From positions 62,001 to 126,000 of the forward strand of contig NIVC01000460.1 of NCBI GenBank assembly GCA_002269645.1: 64,000 nt of DNA, read 5' to 3'. Below are positions 1-10,155 of the stretch, piece after piece (positions within the stretch are counted from its first letter, which is position 1; every line of letters starts with the position of its first letter). The notes beneath the pieces are model-generated. The model saw nothing but the letters and a program-made list of their open reading frames with translations, was not told the origin of the DNA and ran no database searches. The translations under genes were made by a program, and so were the position numbers. The DNA comes from Macrostomum lignano. Taxonomy: Eukaryota.

Positions 1-2487
1 GAGAGAAACAATGTCTAGAATTTGTTATTGCATACTAAGGCATAGAAATGTACAGATGAATGAATATTTACCATAGACAGGGCTGGATCACCAATTTGGC
101 GTTCATCATTTCGCATGCCAACAACAACAGGTGTTTTCCTTTGTGACTCCCTGCAAACATCATTGTGTTATTATGGAATTAGTTTTCATTATTTTACAAG
201 CCAACTAAAAATATAAGGCTTTTAAATCATTTATTAACATATTTTCAACATACCTGTTTAGTGCAATCTCCATTGGAACACCAGGCTAAAAAATAGTGTA
301 AGAATATAACTTGTGGACTTATGAACAGAATGAATTTTTAAACAATAGATTGAATTCACAAGTTTACTTACCTTCACAATAGCAATTTTCATGAACTCAG
401 AACCCAAATCAATTGCCATAGTGGCAATTGCATCTATAATATTGATAGTTAAAAACTTAGGTAAATAATTAAATTCTTCTATATTAATACTAGAAATTTA
501 TTTCAGTAACAGAACTTACCACTTCTATAAATAACTGAAGCAAGTAGTAATATTGTGATGATGATTTTCATTTTGCTGCAATCTGAAGCAATATATAGAT
601 AGAATTTAGGAATTGTAAAATAAAAGGCTATGATTAAATTGTCTAATATTTATAGCAAACATATAATTAATAAATTTTATAAATTTTCTTTTGCTTATAA
701 AAAGTTCTATATAAATCTATATATATATATGGGCAATTACTGGCTGACCTGGCTAATCTAGCCACTATAATTTGTAGTAGACCAGGGTATGTTGCACTTT
801 TGCACTTTTAATATATACACAGGTCCTATAATTATAAATAACTTAGTAGATTCTTAATTATTAGATTTTATACTTTGCATTGCACACTAATATTATTTAC
901 TATCATATTATTTATTATAAAATATAAAATGTTACAGAGATATAGCATAATAAGTTATATAACTAGGAATAATTCTTTATCTAATAGAAATAGATATTTT
1001 GCCTACTGGCAAATAAAAGGTGACAAACAAAACCATTGTATATCAAATTCTAATAATTAAATAATTGACAAAAATCTAGACTAAAATATTAATAATATAA
1101 ACAAATACAAATTGTGGGTATAATTTCTCATTATTTTTTAGCTTATTTGATCTTAGAAGAAAAATACAACTTCCCTTGGCTCTGTAATATTTGAACTATT
1201 TCAATGATTAAAAATCAAATAGATTACCAAATAATAATATTTATAATTCATAAAAAAAAATATATATTACATTACAACAAAGACAATAATAGAGAATTTA
1301 GGGAATTTCTATATTGTCTAAAAATCTAAATATTTATGTCTATATTATTTATAGAACAAAATTAAAACTCAAAGTATTTGTTTGAATTATACATTATTGG
1401 ACCACTTTCATTTGATATAGATTAGAATACTGAACATGTACTACTGTAGTTTTTGTGTTTAATACCTAGAAATATATTAGAAATTACACTAAAACTTTAG
1501 CTAGGTCATGCTAGATAGATAAAAGGTACACAAGCCTGCCTGTTCAGAAGTGGTTGCATAAAAATTTATAAGCTAAACTTTGACAATTCGGCATTTTAAA
1601 ATACAAAAAAGCTGTAGAATCTGTTATGTTGCACGTGCAATCTACTTATGAACTAGGCAAGTTCGACATACTAATGTAATGGGACCGATTAATAGCAATC
1701 GGGTGTAGGGTATGTCGGGTGTTGGGTGTAGGGTATTTTATACATGGGCTGCAAATCTGTAAAGAACAGATTAATAATTTGCTAAGACGTGTAACAGATT
1801 ACGTTAAATCAGTGCCATTTGTGTTATTAAACGTGTAAGTACGTATAAACAAATCATACTGCTTTATAACTGCAAAGGTGGAAATATATTCTCAAATGTA
1901 AAAAAATGGGCATCAAAAAAGATATTACTGATGCTTGAAAAAACCTTTCTATTATCTGCTTAGAAAACCCGTTTGCTTGTGTTATGAAACGTGGCCTTTT
2001 GATGTAGTAAGCACGTTAATATCGGTAACAGGCTCTTCCACCGGTAAGATCTTCCACATAATATCTCAGTAAGCTATACGACATGTGACCTTGGTACGAA
2101 TGAACTAATACTGATAGATATGTCCGCATTTTATGCTTTACTTTGAATTTGATAAATTAACTGGGAAGAGTCCATACATGTGCATGTAAAAAGCTATACT
2201 ACTACATGTATAAATACCACTACATACATGTAAGTAGCTACATGTGCATTTTAATGACTGCTTAAGTAGAAGGACGGGAAACCTCGTTTCTTAAAAAATT
2301 AGGGTGCACGTTTTTTAGAAAAAATACTTGACGGAAATGGAGGCTTTCATTTTTTAGCACAAATATTGTATTTCTATTGATAGGAGGCGGATCCTATGTA
2401 CATGTAAGCTAAAGTTCTAGTGTTTCTCAATCGTAAAACTGGAACATATACTTTGCAGCATTTCATTATTGAAGCTTCAATAGAACT

Positions 2488-2738
2488 TGTGACAGTGACA
2501 CTATGAACTTTGCAATAGGTTGCGTGCACTTAATTGTTGACTCACTAGCATGTGAACGAGAATGGTATTAACTATTATAACAACCCCCACCCCATGCGCG
2601 CTTGTATCTGTCTGCACCCACCACCTCATTGCTAAACTAATAAAATAAGATCAGCCAAGTAGTTCTCAGAGAGCACTTTTCTCAGTCCTACTCGTACAAT
2701 TCAACACTTAACTGCCTCGCAGTTATTAAGATATCACA
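2488..2738 (+). repeat. 5' LTR
   Basis: TGTGACAGTGACAC...ATATCACA. Shares long blocks with 4466-4724 (e.g. ccccaccccatgcgcgcttgtatctgtctgcacccaccacctcattgctaaactaataaaataagatcagccaagtag). Confidence 0.85.
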
Positions 2739-4443
2739 ATGGCGACGAGTCCGCCCACGCTGGGCCAACTGTTACCATCTACAAGCATCGAGATATTCCT
2801 TGAGCGTCTCGAGCAGTACTTTACTACGGAGTCTGTCCCATCGGACAAAGTTGCGCGAAGTCTTGCGCTGATATGAGGAAGCTACTGACAACGCACTTTG
2901 CACCCAATCCTTCGGAGCTAGCTGCGAGGTTCCGTTTCCAAGAGCTTCACGGCATTCATCGCGGGGCTCCAGGCTCTGTCAGCTGACTGCAACTTCGGTT
3001 CTGCAGTCACCCTGATGCCGGAGCAGCTGCAGCAAAAGTTTCTCCCTCAGCTACAACTGGCTCCATCAGCTTCAGTTCTGCGAACTTTCACCAACGAACG
3101 CTTTCATCCGCGAGGCCAAGCCACAGTTTGCGTCCAGCACAACTCCCAGCAGCTACAGCTACCGCTGCTTGTAGTCGACAAGGGAGACATGGCGCTGCTG
3201 AGACGAGACTGGCTGGCTCACCTTCGACTATTTTGGCCCAGGTGCACGCGGTGTCCACCGATAACGACATCAGCGACCTGCATGAGAGATTCGCTGCGGT
3301 GTCCAGGGACTGACTTGGCGAATATCGACACAGTTCGAGGAGGATACACCGATTAAAACTCGTTGCTGATCGATGAGGTCGCAGGTTTGGCCGCCACTGC
3401 AGCGACGGTGGCGCGGCTCACCAGGACGGATGCGGTGCTAGGTCGCGTGCTGCACTGCCTGCAGACGGGTTCGACCATCTGCGCCGACCTGACCGACTTC
3501 GCCAGGCGCCAGAGCGAGCTGTCCATTGACCAGGGCTGTGTGCTGTGGGGCGCTCGAGTTGTGGTGCCAGCCGCCCTACAACAACAAGTGTTGAACGAGC
3601 TGCACCAAGCCCACCCTGGCATCAGCCGCATGCGCGCCCTCGCGAGAAGCTACGTCTGGTGACCAAGTATCGACAAAGACCTGAAGGCCGCAGTAAAAGC
3701 CTGACGCACCTGCCAGCTCAATCAGGCGGATCCATCCAAGGCCCGGTGCAGCCGTGGCCATTCCCGACTGAGCCATTGGAGCGGTTGCACATCGACTTCG
3801 CGGACCTGTGGACGGCTGCACTGTCCTGGTCCTGGTCGACGCGCACAGCAAGTGGCCAGAGGTGCACAAGATGAGCAGCACCACTGCAACTGCGACGAGC
3901 AACTGCCTGCGAGAAATCTTCGCTCGTCTCGGCCTAGTACCGAAGACTTTGGTGCCGGACAACGGGCCTCAATTCGCTTTAGCCGAGTTCGCTGAGTTCG
4001 TCAGTTCCAACGACATCCGACACATCTTCTCGGCGCCATTCCAACCAGCGACCAACGACCAGGCCGAGCGCTTCGTCCAGGTGCTGGATCTCCTGACCCC
4101 GTCGTTCAGCAGCAGCGGCCAGCACGCCAGTTCCAGCCTGGAGATCGTGTGCTCTACCGCGATTTCAGCACTGCTGCTTGTACTGGAGAAAGCAGCCGCT
4201 GGGCCGAAGGTGTCATCGTCAATGCCGGCACTCGCAACTGCACAGTCGATTCCGGACGCGGCGTAGTATAAGCGCGACACGCTGACCAGCTGGCCGAATC
4301 GAACGAGGACTGGCATGCCGGCACCTGACGCTAGCGGAACGTCGGCCTCGCCGCAGGCAGACACGGCTGACTCTGCTGACGAGACATCCCGGCGCTACCC
4401 GACTCGAGTTCGAGCACCACCTGACAGATTAATGCTGCAGTGA
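2739..4443 (+). pseudogene. Degenerate gag-protease-integrase remnant (RT/RNase H absent)
   Basis: Gag-like FLERLEQYF and FIAGLQALSADCNFG; protease C-half LPLLVV..ALLRRDWL; integrase zinc finger ELHQAHPGISRMRALARSYVW...C..C; integrase core LERLHIDFA / LVLVDAHSKWPEV / PDNGPQF / ERFVQ. Frameshifts and stops throughout. Confidence 0.85.
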
Positions 4444-4465
4444 GGGCGTTATCTAAGGGCGGAGG

Positions 4466-4724
4466 TGTGACACAGTGACACGATGGACTTTGCAATAGGT
4501 TGCATGCACTGAATTTTTTACTCACCAGCATGTGGCGATTGTTGTTAACCGGCTTAGTAATTTTTGAATGGTATTATATCAACCCCCACCCCATGCGCGC
4601 TTGTATCTGTCTGCACCCACCACCTCATTGCTAAACTAATAAAATAAGATCAGCCAAGTAGCTCTCAAGCGAGCACCTTTCTCTCTCCTACCGTACAATT
4701 CAACACTACTGCCTCACCCAGACA
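4466..4724 (+). repeat. 3' LTR (3' end approximate)
   Basis: Starts TGTGACAC right after the PPT. Homologous to the 5' LTR with several substitutions and indels; the last ~20 bp diverge. Confidence 0.8.
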
Positions 4725-5371
4725 GAAATTAATCACTAAAAATGTCGATTGTACCGATTCCTATTGCTCGTAAATTACCTTTTTATGAAAAGCAAGATAA
4801 ATATCGATTTCGTTCAAGCCAGGAACTTGCAAATCTGTAATTGCTCTTAATAAAAATACAATGGGCATCGTGGGCTATGTATGTGAACAGGGGTTATTGG
4901 CAAGTATTCCGTATAGGTCAGTGCATAAATAAAATAGTTATAATAAATGGACAAACGTGACCATGCAAATAATGCGCAAGACACACTGAAACAACAACTT
5001 TAATTACTTACGTTGAATATGCCCAAGTTTATTCCGTTCTGGTGCATAAACGTAAAGATAAGTCCAGTCCAACTCAGGATATTGAGTATAACAATAACAA
5101 GTAAATGCAATATTGTAAACAATATTTTTTAAGGAGCAATAAAACAGGTGCGTATTACAGTTTAAAAAAGGAAAGAATGTAGAGAATGGTGCGGTTTTTC
5201 TTATCTGTATTTAAAGCCCAAATTTGGTGTGCGTGTAATGCTGGCTCCACTTCTTGGTACGCGGGTAGATAATATTAGTAAGTTCACAAAAAGTGACAAC
5301 TGCGCGCGCATTATTACTGAAACCAAATCGATTCTGCCTGTCTTACCTGGCATGCCTGGCCTCGCTCTCAG

Positions 5372-6405
5372 TCACGGTCGCCTGTGCTTCCCGTGCTTGC
5401 TTCTCCGCGAAAACCAATCGCCTACCCACAGCGGCACAAACTTTTCCTCGTCGTCTAACAATGAAGTCCTCGACGGTTCGTCAATGTCTGGCAGGGCTGG
5501 CAGCTCAGCGAAGTCCAGTCCCGCCGTGCTGCCATCGTCCGCAGTAGTAGGCAAGCTGCTGCTGTTGTAGCTGCTGCCGCAGCCGCCGCCAAAGCTGACG
5601 GCATTGCTGCAGAAGTTGTTAAAATTCCTCCTTCGACCCACAACCAGCTTGGCTCGTGCGTGTGACGAATAATACTGATTATCCTTTGCTGGCACAGGCG
5701 GGCCCAAGCTGGGCTGAAGCATCGGAAGTTGCTGCTGATGAAGCAGTTGCGGTTGTTGTTGCTGTTGCAAAAGTTCCACAGGCTGCTGCTCCCATAGTTC
5801 GCTCGCTGGCTGGGGCGGCGGCCAGTTCGGCTGTTGTTGCTGCATCTGCTGTTGCCATTCCTGTTGCCGCTGTTGCCACCTCTGCCACAGCTCCTGCTGC
5901 TGTTGCTGCATCAAAATTGCCGGCGGCACTTGATAGGCTGGCTGGGCGAAATTGTTCGACACCAATTGCAATGAGTTCGACTTGTTTCGATTCCCGCCGC
6001 CCGCCTTGCCACCCGCTTTGCCGCCCGCTTTGCCGCCCGCTTTGCCGCCCGCTTTGCCGCCCGCTTTGCCACCCGCTTTGCCGCCAGTCGCTTTGCCGCC
6101 GCCTGTCTTGCCACCGCCCGTCTGGCCGCCGCCCGCTTTGCCACCAGTCACTTTGCCGCCGCCCGCTTTGCCGCCACCCGCTTTGCTGCCGCCCGCTTTG
6201 CTGCCGCCCGCTTTGCCGCCACCCGCTTTGCCGCCACCCGCTTTGCCGCCGCCAGCTTTGCCGCCGCCAGCTTTGCCACCGACCACTTTGCCGCCGCCCA
6301 TTTTGCCGGTTGAAGCTGGGGTTTTGCCCTGTCTTGCCTCACCGCCACCTTCGCCTGCCTCATCGCCACTTTCTCCTTCCTCGGTTTCGCCTCCGCCATC
6401 CTCTG

Positions 6406-6436
<31 letters not shown>

Positions 6437-6751
6437 CCCTTCGCCGCTTTCACCTCCTTCGCCTCCTTCGCCTCCTTCGCCGCTTTCGCCGCTTTTGCCT
6501 CCTTCGCCGCTTTCGCCGCTTTCGCCAGCTTCTTCGTCTCCATCTTCGTCGCGCTTCGTCCAGCCGATGGAGTTGCCGCCCTGCATGCCCAGCTCGCAGA
6601 TGATCTGCCAAATCTCTCGATGGTAGCGCAGTTTGCATTCGCGAATTTTGTTGCGCAATGGCGCCAAGTCCAAGCCTAAGTCCACCATAGTTCCAAAGAG
6701 GCCGAAGCCTGGGGTGCAGAAGACCTTCTTGTCCACAGCATGGTTTGCCAT
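5372..6751 (-). CDS. Unknown 459-aa protein: conserved ~65-aa N-terminal block, acidic (GE) and basic (GGK) repeat blocks, Gln-rich region; paralog A
   Basis: Uninterrupted ATG-to-stop ORF. The non-repetitive blocks are conserved at amino-acid level with the ORF at 7735-8787 while the low-complexity spacers differ, which is the pattern of a coding duplicate. Confidence 0.7.
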
Positions 6752-7195
6752 AGTGTGATAAGCTAGGCGCTGGTTTATACGATTAAGTACTAGCTGGTAC
6801 GTATGATTCCACTGTTACGGATTTATAATGACTTGCTGCTTCGCGTTAATTTGTGCACTTCAATTAACTAACAATATTGGTATAAAGATATAAATTATAT
6901 AATAAATACTATTTGCCATAGACAAACCCGTACCGATCAGCTCTGACTCGGTGCTCAATAATATTTCCATATCTTGTCTGTTAGAATGAGCGATCAAATT
7001 CAAAAATAGTCTCACTTCCTTGGGATAGTTGTGGTCTACTTTACAACGCACAAGTTTAAGCAGTTGATTCATTGCTGCGGAAGAGAAAGAGGTCGCCTAG
7101 TACGATACAGTACGACGTCATGATGTCGTTAATGCGTTAGTGTAATTCAGGACATATTGTAACATTGGACATTACTAGTGGACATTAGGGGACAT

Positions 7196-7257
7196 TACTA
7201 CTACTGCTATTACTACTACTACTACTACTACTACTATTACTACTACTACTACTACTA

Positions 7258-7308
<51 letters not shown>

Positions 7309-7325
7309 TTACTACTACTACTACT
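7196..7325. repeat. (TAC)n microsatellite
   Basis: Direct reading, occasional TAT/CAC variants. Confidence 0.95.
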
Positions 7326-7734
7326 TTTAGAATTTCAGGAAATAAGTATATTCAGAAGGTGTTTATTGAAGTACTTGTAATGTAAAATTTTGTAATAAAA
7401 ATGTTCAAGTTGTCTATAAACAAATGCTACAAAGTTAAGACAACAATTTAAGGTACTTATGCTGCACAAGTTTATTTTTATCAGGTGCATAAACATAAAT
7501 ATAAGTCCAACTCAGTGTTAAGAGTAACAATTGCAATTGCAATCTTGCAAAGAATACTTTTTAAAGAGACAATAGAAACAGTGCATTACAGTTTTAAGAG
7601 AAAATGAGTTGAGAGTCGAGTGCGGTTCTTTGATAATACATTTTTTTACCGGTGCAACTTCGGGTTGGAGGGGGGAACTTGGTTCACTTTGAAAATAGAA
7701 ATAGGGCGCAATGTCATCTGCAAGCCTGGTTGCG

Positions 7735-8787
7735 TCACAACCGCCTGTGCCTCTCTTGCTTACCGTGCCTGCGCTTCGATGGCTCCGGTCGATCATCGGC
7801 TCCGGTCTTCGTCGCAGCCGGTTTTCGAGAAGACCAATCGCCGCAGCGGAGCGGCACAAACCTTGTCTCATCCAGCAACGAAGCTCTTGGCGGAACATCA
7901 ATGTCTGGCAGGGCTGGCAGCTCAGCGAAGTCCAGTCCGGCCGTGGTCACGTCGTCTGCCGTGGTTGGCAAGCTGCTGTTGCTGCAGCTGCTGCCGCAGT
8001 TGCCACCATAGGGAACTCCTCTGCTGCCAATGTTGCTGGAATTCTTCCGGCTCACGGCCAGCTTGGCTCGTGCGTGTGATGAATAATACTGAGGATCCTT
8101 TGCTGGAACAGGCGGGCCCAAGCTGGGCTGAAGCAGCGGAAGTTGCTGCTGATGGAGCAGTTGCGGTTGTAGCTGCTGAAGCAGCAGTTGCTGCTGCTGC
8201 TGCTGAAGCAGCAGTTGCTGCTGTTGCTGCCCCCATAGTGCTGCTGACTGCTGCGGCCATTGCGGCGGCTGCTGCTTCCATGCCTGCTGCTGATGCTTCT
8301 GACGCTGCTGCTGTTTTTGTTGTTGCTTCAAAATTGACGGGGTCATTGGATTTGCTAGCTGGGCAAAACTTTTTGACGCAGCCAACTGGGACGCATTGGA
8401 CTTGTTTCGGTTGCCTGCCGAGCGACCGCCGCCTCGACGCACCGCAAGAGTGTTACTCTGGTTGGCCTCCTCGCCGCCACCTTCTTCGCCACCGCCGCCT
8501 TCACCGCCGCCTCCTTCGCCACCGCCGCCATCTTCACCGCCGCCATCGTCACCGCCGCCATCGTCACCGCCGCCGCCTCCATCCTCGCCGGCTTCGTCGC
8601 GCTTCTTCCAGCCGGAGGAGTTGCCGCCCTGCATGCCCAGCTCGCAGATCACTTTCCAAACTTCGCGATGGTAGCGCAGTTTGCATTCGCGAATTTTACT
8701 GCGCAACGGCGCCAAGTCCAAGCCTAAGTCGATCATTGACCCGAAGAGGCCGAAGCCTGGGGTGCAGAAGACTTTCTTGTCTGACAT
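7735..8787 (-). CDS. Unknown 350-aa protein; paralog B of 5372-6751
   Basis: ATG in AAAAATG context. Shares DKKVFCTPGFGLFG.M.DLGLDLAPLR.KIRECKLRYHRE.W..ICELGMQGGNS.GW.KRDE, LQPSLGPPVPAKD.QYYSSHARAKL and NSSLPTTADD..TAGLDFAELPALPDID with paralog A. Confidence 0.7.
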   Translation of the reverse strand: MSDKKVFCTPGFGLFGSMIDLGLDLAPLRSKIRECKLRYHREVWKVICELGMQGGNSSGWKKRDEAGEDGGGGGDDGGGDDGGGEDGGGGEGGGGEGGGGEEGGGEEANQSNTLAVRRGGGRSAGNRNKSNASQLAASKSFAQLANPMTPSILKQQQKQQQRQKHQQQAWKQQPPQWPQQSAALWGQQQQQLLLQQQQQQLLLQQLQPQLLHQQQLPLLQPSLGPPVPAKDPQYYSSHARAKLAVSRKNSSNIGSRGVPYGGNCGSSCSNSSLPTTADDVTTAGLDFAELPALPDIDVPPRASLLDETRFVPLRCGDWSSRKPAATKTGADDRPEPSKRRHGKQERHRRL

Positions 8788-9008
8788 TTTTATTGTATGC
8801 TCTGATTTTAGTAGGTATATATATGCTATATTATATTCAATTCACAAGCTGCTATGGTACGAGAGTACGTCTCATGCATTATGCATTACAAATAGCTGTT
8901 ATCTTGTGTTCTCTTCTGCATCCACTTCAATACGCGTTGTAAATTCTGGCCATATACAGGCCCCGTACCCAGCGGCTGCTGAAGCAGATTCTTTGAACTG
9001 CTGTAGGC

Positions 9009-9268
9009 TAACTGACTGACTGACTGACTGACTAACTAACTAACTAACTAACTAACTGACTGACTGACTGACTGACTGACTGACTGACTGACTGACTGAC
9101 TGACTGACTGACTGACTGACTGACTGACTGACTGACTGACTGACTGACTGACTGACTAACTGACTGACTGACTGACTGACTGACTGACTGACTGACTGAC
9201 TGACTGACTAACTAGCTAACTAACTGACTGACTGACTGAATGATTAACTGACGAACTAACTAACTAAT
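9009..9268. repeat. (GACT)n/(AACT)n tetranucleotide microsatellite
   Basis: Direct reading. Confidence 0.95.
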
Positions 9269-9685
9269 AAAGCCAGGATCACTACTGCATGAAGTGTGTT
9301 TGATTTTAGTGAATTACGAGCGTATAATTACACTTTAGCATAAAAGTGCAATTTTACTTCGATCTCGAATGTAGATGCAGAGCTTCATAAGCAGCATATT
9401 CAGTCGCATAGCAGAGCTTTAATACACATGGATAGCTCATGCTGGGCACATTATTTATTCACGATGTCGTCTTAAGCTAAGACCAGCTATATATTATATC
9501 GTTCTAGTGAAAGCTTTTCAGTCGGTCACGGATGTGTGCATACTGTATGGGGCTAGTGGCAGACTTTTATGGATCCGTAGCCTGCTGCCCAGCTAATGTC
9601 CTTACTAATTTAATATAGAGATAATGATTTATAATTGGCTACAAAGTACACGCCTGAGCCGAGTGGCAGACGAGAGCAGAGTGAC

Positions 9686-10155
9686 TCAATGAGTTCATGA
9701 GTGAGTTCATGAGTGAGTTCATGAGTGAGTTCACGAGTGAGTTCATGAGTGAGTTCATGAGTGAGTTCATGAGTGAGTCTATGAGTGAGTTCATGAGTGA
9801 GTTCATGAGTGAGTTCATGAGTGAGTTCACGAGTGAGTTCATGAGTGAGTTCATGAGTGAGTCTATGAGTGAGTTCACGAGTGAGTTCATGAGTGATTTC
9901 ATGAGTGAGTTCATGAGTGAGTTCATAAGTGAGTTCATGAGTGAGTTCATGAGTGAGTTCATGAGTGAGTTCATGAGTGAGTTCATGAGTGAGTTCATGA
10001 GTGAGTTCATGAGTGAGTTCATGAGTGAGTTCATTAGTGAGTTCATGAGTGAGTTCATTAGTGAGTTCATGAGTGAGTTCATGAGTGAGTTCATGAGTGA
10101 GTTCATGAGCGAGTTCATGAGTGAGTTCATGAGTGAGTTCATGAATTCATGAGTT
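9686..10155. repeat. 12-bp minisatellite GAGTGAGTTCAT, left half
   Basis: Direct reading. The array resumes at 12063 after an insertion. Confidence 0.95.

Larger units (their letters stand above)
2488..4724 (+). mobile_element. Ty3/Gypsy-type LTR retrotransposon, non-autonomous internally deleted copy
   Basis: Two related LTRs start TGTGAC (2488 and 4466). PBS-like TGGCGACGAG at 2740-2749 follows the 5' LTR and polypurine tract TAAGGGCGGAGG (4454-4465) precedes the 3' LTR. Gag, protease and integrase remnants lie between them. Possible 5-bp TSD GAACT (2483-2487) / GAAAT (4725-4729), one mismatch. Confidence 0.9.

Noticed and set aside
875-1060. Small AT-rich ORFs at the window ends (also 60982-61331, 61597-62659)
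   Set aside because: Short, biased composition, no splice or motif support; several derive from the foldback repeat units.
5656-8942. Plus-strand ORFs overlapping the paralog pair (315, 224 and 440 aa)
   Set aside because: Antisense shadows of GC-rich low-complexity coding sequence; the minus-strand frame has the coherent start context and conserved blocks.
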